Made by a program: the position numbers and the translations under genes. The notes under the pieces were generated by a model. The model did not search any database. It was not told the DNA's origin and saw only the letters and a list, made by a program, of their open reading frames with translations. Positions 58,727-64,000 of a DNA stretch of 64,000 bases are shown here, in pieces; position 1 is the first letter of the stretch, and each line of letters starts with the position of its first letter. The stretch comes from an uncultured bacterium (GTDB lineage: Bacteria > Omnitrophota > Omnitrophia > Omnitrophales > Abzuiibacteriaceae). The stretch is from positions 135,040-199,039 of the forward strand of contig CAYLXA010000006.1 of the NCBI GenBank assembly GCA_964387845.1, given 5' to 3'.

Positions 58727-60408
58727 TGAGGCAAATATTACTGCCGTTTTCTATGTTTGTTTTTTTAGGTTTTCAGGCGTCCTACCTGCACGCTAACAAT
58801 TTGAACATTTCAAACGCTAAAATTGCAAGCCAGGATACTTCGAATGACACCTTGACCATCCAATTCGATATCAGTTGGGAAAACTCATGGCGCGATGGAG
58901 AAAATTTTGACGCAGTTTGGGTTTTTATAAAATACAGCACGCAGGTGGATCATTGGATTTCCACTGAGCAGCCGACTGGGTGGCAGCACGCAGTTTTAAA
59001 ATCATCAGGAACAAATCCAAGCGGATATTCTCAAGGATCCGGAACTGCGCTGGACATTGTGGTGCCGAGTGACCGGCGCGGCTTTTTTCTGCAGCGCTCC
59101 AGTACCGGCGCGGTAGGTACGGTGAACACCACAAGTATTAAAGTTTTATGGAATTACGCAGAAAATTCTGTGTCGGACACAGAAGCCAATTCTGCTTACA
59201 CCCATATCAAAGTATTTGGAATTGAAATGGTTTATATTCCGCAGGCCGGTTTTTACACTGGAGATGGTAGTGATGGTCTTAATGGGGAATTTGAGTTCGG
59301 GGGCTCGACGGCGTCAAGGCCGGCGTCGGTCAATAGTGAGCAAGAGGTTGTGTTTGGAACGGGTACTTTTTCGAATCAATGGTATTACAACACTGATTTG
59401 TCAGGGGATGACTACACATCCGGGACTATCTTCACATTAGCTGAAAGTTTCCCAAAAGGCTTTCAGGCGTTTTACGCCATGAAATACGAAATTACGCAGG
59501 GCCAGTACGTCGAATTCTTAAACACATTGCAGAGAAGCGCTCAAAAGAGCCGGGTGGCAAGTGATCCTGTTAATGCAATTCCGAATTATTATGTGATGAG
59601 CGCCGAATCTTTATTGACTCGCAGTGACCGTAACACGATTACAGCGCCTTCTACGGGCAATGGCTCCTATCATCCTGTCAAGTTTTACGCCCAAAGGCCT
59701 TACCGCGCGATGAATTATATGAGCTGGATGGACCTGGCGGCATTCGCTGATTGGGCGGCTCTTCGGCCGATGTCGGAGCTCGAGTATGAAAAAATAGCAC
59801 GGGGCCCATTGTATCCGGTGGATGGCGAGTATTCTTGGGGAAGTACGGTCGTTTCGTTTGTGGATATAAACGGGGTTGGTGATGAGCTAGGCACAGAAAA
59901 CTTGGATGTGGGCAAATCACCAACGCCTGCCGCCAATTACAGCAACACGGCTTTTGCAGGGGGCGACACCGGCACAGGCCCGTGGCGTGTGGGGATTGTG
60001 AGCGGCGCCCCTCCTGAGCTTACTCTTTATGACCGCGCCAACAATGGAATGGGTTACTACGGGAATGCCGATTTAACCGGCAATGTCTGGGAGCGGGCCG
60101 TCACGGTTGGGAATTCGGCGGGGCGGAATTTTGCGGGTACGCATGGAGATGGAAAGCTTATATATAGCAGCAGCGATACAACCTACATTAATTATTTCGG
60201 AAACGCGACCAACTTGGATTGGCCCGGCATGGATACGACCGACATCAATAGGGGTATTACGGGTGCGCATGGAAGCGGGTTTCGAGGTGGCGCTTGGACC
60301 ACAACGTCGCTCAATTCATTACAAGTTTCAAATCGCGCAGAAGCCGCGCGGGTAGATACCACGCGCGGTTCGTCGTATGGTGGGCGCTTGGTCAGGACAG
60401 CGCCGTAA
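58723..60408 (+). CDS. secreted protein with non-catalytic FGE-sulfatase-like domain, paralog 2
   Basis: ATGATGA overlap with paralog 1. It shows the same architecture ('ANNLNISNAKIASQDTSNDTLTIQFDISWENSWR', '...RPMSELEYEKIARG', '...GGRLVRTAP'). Confidence 0.6.
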   Translation: MMRQILLPFSMFVFLGFQASYLHANNLNISNAKIASQDTSNDTLTIQFDISWENSWRDGENFDAVWVFIKYSTQVDHWISTEQPTGWQHAVLKSSGTNPSGYSQGSGTALDIVVPSDRRGFFLQRSSTGAVGTVNTTSIKVLWNYAENSVSDTEANSAYTHIKVFGIEMVYIPQAGFYTGDGSDGLNGEFEFGGSTASRPASVNSEQEVVFGTGTFSNQWYYNTDLSGDDYTSGTIFTLAESFPKGFQAFYAMKYEITQGQYVEFLNTLQRSAQKSRVASDPVNAIPNYYVMSAESLLTRSDRNTITAPSTGNGSYHPVKFYAQRPYRAMNYMSWMDLAAFADWAALRPMSELEYEKIARGPLYPVDGEYSWGSTVVSFVDINGVGDELGTENLDVGKSPTPAANYSNTAFAGGDTGTGPWRVGIVSGAPPELTLYDRANNGMGYYGNADLTGNVWERAVTVGNSAGRNFAGTHGDGKLIYSSSDTTYINYFGNATNLDWPGMDTTDINRGITGAHGSGFRGGAWTTTSLNSLQVSNRAEAARVDTTRGSSYGGRLVRTAP

Positions 60409-60615
60409 ATTTTTTTAGAAAACCCCGGCCTTTAGCTTTGGAGAGGGTTGAAGGCAGGATGGAAAGTAAAAAAATCGTAACCTCTGGCCCCAGTCCGGAG
60501 GAAGCGAAAGCAAGACCCAATTGACACCGGCTTTGGAGAGGAGGCGTTTAAAAACGCTTTGAGTAGTCGTCCCAGTTTAAAAAGGAAAATTATAGGTCGT
60601 CCCAATAACGCCTGG

Positions 60616-63600
60616 TTGAAGAGATTAGCTTGGCTGCTGATCTTGACACAGGCACTTTCTGCGCCTTATCAAGCCCGTCTTGAAGCGGCTTACTATGGCG
60701 GCGGCAGCTACTCAGGCGATGATGTTGTCCAGGTCACCCAAGCGCAGTATATGGGCGGTTCCTATGCGGGTTATTCATCTGCAACCAGCTCTGCCACATC
60801 CGTCGGCGCCAACAAACTGGCTTTTGCCATTACGCCTCCAACCAGCTCGGTCAATCAAGCCTTCACGGCAACTGTTCAGGTCCAAGATGCCAGTGGCGCC
60901 GTAGTTTCCACAGCAGAGAATTCTGTAACCGTAGCGCTATCAAGCAATCCGACGAGCGCCACCTTGGGTGGTACTTTGACCGCCCCCGCTTCCTCCGGTA
61001 CGGCAACCTTCAATACGCTTTACATTAATCAACCCGGCACATACACATTATCGGCCATGGCAAGCGGCCTCACATCGGCAACTTCATCGTCATTTAGTAT
61101 TGTTTCGGGAGAGTTTAGGGTTCAGGGCTCGCTCGGTTACGCTGCGTCGAGCAATGCATACTATGTCAATTGCTGGATTGAAAACATTTCAGGCACGATT
61201 CTGACGGGCCCGACCTCTTGCGCAGCGGTAGTTTATGCGCCCGATGGATCAACCCACGCCACGTTGACGACCGTTAATTTTGGAAGCCCGGATTCTGACG
61301 GTGTTTTTCGTACAACCGCATGGGATCCGGGCGCTAATTATTTGGATGCCTATACAGCCCGGTTGACTGTCGTCTATAACAGCGCAAGCTACAGTGCCGT
61401 TATTGGTTTAAATCCAGCGCTCAACCGAGGCATTGATGAAATTTACACATCAACCTCAGGAATCAGTGATATCGCAAGCGATGTCACGGATATCGCAGCC
61501 GCAGTCGGCGTTGGTCAAGCGCAGACGGTTTGGCAGAAGGCCGATAGCATCCTCACCTCCATCAGCAAAGCCAACTGGGATGATTTGAAAGTTCTTACCG
61601 AAGCCGGAATTAATTGGGCGGACGTCAATAACCAGAGCCGGGCCGGGATCAACTGGGACGACCTGCGCTCTCTGACCAAGGCCGGCATCAACTGGAACGA
61701 CATCATGAAGTTCAGCCTCTCGGGAATCAATTGGGATGACTTGGTGAAACTCACCAAAGCCGGAATCAACTGGAACGATTTCGGCACGCTCACGAAATCG
61801 GGCGTTAACTGGGACGACCTCAATAGAATGACCAAGGCCGGCATCAACTGGACGGACATTGCCGTATTGAGTTTGAAGGGTGTTAACTGGGCGGACATCT
61901 ATACTTTGTCACGTTCCGGCGTAAACTGGGATGATATCAAAGCGCTCTCCAAAGCAGGTGTCAACTGGTCTGACATCGGCCGTCTCTCCAAATCAGGCGT
62001 TAACTGGGACGATTTTAGCAAGCTTTCTAAGGCCGGTATCAACTGGTCCGACATCGGGCGTTTGTCAAAGTCAGGCGTTAACTGGGATGATTTAAAGGTG
62101 TTGAGCAAGGCAGGTGTTTCGTGGGCCTCGCTCGGTTATGAAGTGACTTGCGGCGCTGCGATTGATACGGATGGGGTCAGCTACATTTATACGGGTCTAC
62201 GGAGGAACGGGGCGCCGGCGCCGTTCACGACGGACTGCGAGTCGATGGCAGTTGCGGATGATATTCAAATTTCAGTACTGAGTGCTGATGCAGGTTCTAC
62301 GGTAGACACGATTGACGATAACACGGGTACGGGGATTGACAGTTCGACGTGCCGGTATGAAACAGTCAATCAATATATCCAAACTCATTTAACGGAAGAT
62401 TACGTGATTAGTTGTTATGTTGTGTTGAATGGAATTGGATATGAAGGCCTGACCACTTATAGTCCGCAAGCCCATTATGTCGCCACTGCAGTGAATTGGA
62501 CAGATATCGGCCTTTTGGCGGATGCCGGCATCAATTGGGCGGACATCGGTCGGCTCTCCAAGTCGGGCGTCAACTGGGATGATTTGAAAGTATTTTCAAA
62601 GGCGGGTGTCAATTGGTCCGACATCGGCCGTCTCTCTAAGTCGGGGGTCAATTGGGACGATATTGGCAAACTTTCCGCCGCCGGCATCAACTGGTCTGAC
62701 ATCGGCCGCCTCTCCAAATCCGGCGTCAATTGGGACGATTTGCGTGCACTCACGAAAGCCGGGGTCAATTGGACCGATATAAAAGCACTGGCCGCGGCGG
62801 GCAATTATCGGTTTGGCGGATATTTTACATCGTTTAGCCATGTTTCGCCGTCGGCTACGGGCGGTACGTTTGCGGTTTATTTTGAGCGCAATGGATCGAT
62901 CGTGCCTCCGGCCAGTTGGTGTTCGGCAGCCACCTTCACGGTGACTAGCGGAAGCTGTGGCTCGTTTGGCTTATTCCCTTACGATTGCTCGAATGCGTGT
63001 TGCTATGATGTGGATTCGTGTAGCTCACAGCCTACCAGCACGGAAGTATCCTTAAGCTATGGCGGTCGAAGCTATTCTGGTCAAGTACGGTTTGATGTGC
63101 TGGGAACTGCAGGGGTCAACTGGAATGATATACAGGCGTTCTCCAAATCCGGTATTAACTGGACGGATATCGGCCGCCTTTCCAAATCCGGTGTCAATTG
63201 GGATGACCTGAAAGCGCTTTCCAAAACCGGCATTAATTGGACGGATATCGGCCGCCTCTCCAAATCCGGCGTCAATTGGGATGATTTTGGGAAATTATCA
63301 AAAGCGGGAATTAATTGGAGCGATCTCGGACGTCTCTCGAAATCCGGTATTAATTGGGATGATTTGCAAGTTCTTACAAAGTCAGCCATTAACTGGACGG
63401 ATCTGGCGGTGATGACAAAAGCTGGGAGTAACTGGATGGACAATGTCAACTGGATGAATTTAGCCGCTCTTACAAAATCCGGGGTCAATTGGACCGACAT
63501 CAAAATCATGAGCGATACCAATATTAACTGGGATGGCATGAAGGCGCTTTCAGAAGGCGGGGTCAATTGGACGGATATCGGTGTATTGACAAAATCAGCG

Positions 63601-64000
63601 ATTAACTGGGATGATTTAAAAACGCTCTCTAAAACAGGTGTCAATTGGGACGACTTAAAGTCTCTCTCTCGGGCCGGCGTTAACTGGACGGACATCGGAA
63701 AAATGAGTAAATCCGGCGTCAATTGGGATGATCTCAATAAACTCTCCAAGGCCGGGGTGAATTGGCAAGGCATTGAGACCTTGTCAAAAACCGGCATCAA
63801 TTGGACGGACTTAGGGGCTCTGACAAAAGCTGGCATTAACTGGAATGATCTTCTCTCACTCAGTAAAACAGGCGTTAATTGGGATGATCTCTCAAGGCTC
63901 TCCAAAGCCGGTGTCAATTGGGATGACTTGAATAAACTCAGCAAGGCCGGTGTTAATTGGGATGATTTGAATAAACTCTCTAAGGCCGGGGTCAATTGGC
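60616..64000 (+). CDS. giant secreted repeat protein (3'-truncated by the window), with 11-residue G(V/I)NW(S/D/T)D(I/L)xxLSK(S/A) tandem repeats
   Basis: My own frame-1 translation is open from 60481 to the window end, which is why it is absent from the ORF track. Inferred TTG start 60616 gives 'MKRLAWLLILTQALSA|PYQA' (signal-peptide-like). There is a ~320-aa N-terminal Ser/Thr/Ala-rich region, then three repeat arrays separated by Cys-containing inserts. The start codon is uncertain. Confidence 0.6.
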   Translation, partial: MKRLAWLLILTQALSAPYQARLEAAYYGGGSYSGDDVVQVTQAQYMGGSYAGYSSATSSATSVGANKLAFAITPPTSSVNQAFTATVQVQDASGAVVSTAENSVTVALSSNPTSATLGGTLTAPASSGTATFNTLYINQPGTYTLSAMASGLTSATSSSFSIVSGEFRVQGSLGYAASSNAYYVNCWIENISGTILTGPTSCAAVVYAPDGSTHATLTTVNFGSPDSDGVFRTTAWDPGANYLDAYTARLTVVYNSASYSAVIGLNPALNRGIDEIYTSTSGISDIASDVTDIAAAVGVGQAQTVWQKADSILTSISKANWDDLKVLTEAGINWADVNNQSRAGINWDDLRSLTKAGINWNDIMKFSLSGINWDDLVKLTKAGINWNDFGTLTKSGVNWDDLNRMTKAGINWTDIAVLSLKGVNWADIYTLSRSGVNWDDIKALSKAGVNWSDIGRLSKSGVNWDDFSKLSKAGINWSDIGRLSKSGVNWDDLKVLSKAGVSWASLGYEVTCGAAIDTDGVSYIYTGLRRNGAPAPFTTDCESMAVADDIQISVLSADAGSTVDTIDDNTGTGIDSSTCRYETVNQYIQTHLTEDYVISCYVVLNGIGYEGLTTYSPQAHYVATAVNWTDIGLLADAGINWADIGRLSKSGVNWDDLKVFSKAGVNWSDIGRLSKSGVNWDDIGKLSAAGINWSDIGRLSKSGVNWDDLRALTKAGVNWTDIKALAAAGNYRFGGYFTSFSHVSPSATGGTFAVYFERNGSIVPPASWCSAATFTVTSGSCGSFGLFPYDCSNACCYDVDSCSSQPTSTEVSLSYGGRSYSGQVRFDVLGTAGVNWNDIQAFSKSGINWTDIGRLSKSGVNWDDLKALSKTGINWTDIGRLSKSGVNWDDFGKLSKAGINWSDLGRLSKSGINWDDLQVLTKSAINWTDLAVMTKAGSNWMDNVNWMNLAALTKSGVNWTDIKIMSDTNINWDGMKALSEGGVNWTDIGVLTKSAINWDDLKTLSKTGVNWDDLKSLSRAGVNWTDIGKMSKSGVNWDDLNKLSKAGVNWQGIETLSKTGINWTDLGALTKAGINWNDLLSLSKTGVNWDDLSRLSKAGVNWDDLNKLSKAGVNWDDLNKLSKAGVNW
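61567..62125 (+). repeat. in-frame 33-bp tandem repeat array 1 (~17 units) inside the giant protein gene
   Basis: Units such as GGCGTTAACTGGGACGATTTTAGCAAGCTTTCTAAGGCC translate to G-V/I-N-W-x-D-I/L-x-x-L-S/T-K-A/S. Confidence 0.8.
62488..62805 (+). repeat. in-frame 33-bp tandem repeat array 2 (~9-10 units)
   Basis: The same unit, e.g. 'AGINWADIGRLSKSGVNWDDLKVFSKAGVNWSDIGRLSKS'. Confidence 0.8.
63101..64000 (+). repeat. in-frame 33-bp tandem repeat array 3 (>=27 units, continues past the window)
   Basis: 'GVNWNDIQAFSKSGINWTDIGRLSKSGVNWDDLKALSKTGINWTDIGRLSKS...' up to the window end. Confidence 0.8.

Noticed and set aside
60294-60524. Small + ORFs (60083-60355, 60294-60524, 60680-60904) around the end of the second FGE-like paralog and the start of the giant protein
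   Set aside because: They are out of frame with the long open frame that carries the signal peptide and repeats. They have no RBS or motifs, so they are regarded as spurious.
61515-63995. Minus-strand ORFs (61515-61898, 61899-62108, 62475-62804, 62596-62841, 63081-63995) encoding 'SSQLTPDLERRPMSDQLTPA'-type repeats
   Set aside because: They are reverse-complement reading frames of the 33-bp coding repeats of the + strand giant gene. All have alternative (TTG-type) starts and no RBS, and the + frame carries a signal peptide and continuous coding context. They are treated as antisense artefacts.
61567-64000. Tandem 33-bp repeats considered as a possible CRISPR array
   Set aside because: The units are contiguous, with no unique spacers. 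They are in-frame and translate to a conserved peptide motif, and there are no cas genes. They are coding repeats, not CRISPR.

Overview
This is a 64-kb bacterial chromosomal window, about 50% GC, almost entirely coding on the + strand. Genes are tightly packed and often overlap at ATGA or TGATG junctions. The layout, in order:

- 1-5.4 kb: the 3' end of a gene truncated by the window, a HIT hydrolase, a dGTPase, a GAF/HD-GYP c-di-GMP phosphodiesterase, and a TonB-like protein.
- 5.5-18.4 kb: a contiguous murE-murF-mraY-murD-ftsW-murG-murC-murB-ddl-ftsQ-ftsA block. It lacks mraZ/rsmH/ftsL/ftsI upstream and ftsZ downstream.
- 18.4-23.6 kb: the glycine cleavage operon gcvT-gcvH-gcvPA-gcvPB with a lipoate-protein ligase.
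- 24-31.4 kb: a UvrD/PcrA helicase, an M48 protease, a TPR/peptidase-MA protein, and BatD/BatE-like proteins.
- 31.4-38.1 kb: trpBA, ruvX, an M16 peptidase, rpe, and lepA-lepB.
- 38.3-42.3 kb: SPOR-domain proteins, a small histone-H1-like basic protein, a GNAT acetyltransferase, and a PilZ-YajQ-PilZ c-di-GMP effector cluster split by a 324-bp AT-rich gap.
- 42.4-51.1 kb: a cNMP-binding patatin-like (NTE-like) phospholipase, then a beta-oxidation set (thiolase, 3-hydroxyacyl-CoA dehydrogenase, crotonase, acyl-CoA ligase, alpha/beta hydrolase).
- 51.1-52.3 kb: tiny lipoproteins, a tRNA-Ala(CGC), and directly after it an odd tRNA-like mosaic carrying nested perfect hairpins.
- 52.4-64 kb (the most unusual locus): an orphan secretin module (ExeA/MshM-like ATPase, PilP/GspC-like protein, secretin, TPR/coiled-coil protein). 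It is followed by two tandem paralogs with a non-catalytic FGE-sulfatase-like domain. Last comes a giant secreted protein, running off the window, built from three arrays of an 11-residue repeat not matching any repeat family I recognise, G(V/I)NW(S/D/T)D(I/L)xxLSK(S/A), encoded by 33-bp units.

No CRISPR array, rRNA, transposase or integrase was seen. Product calls rest on motifs I could read directly and on gene order. No database search was possible.
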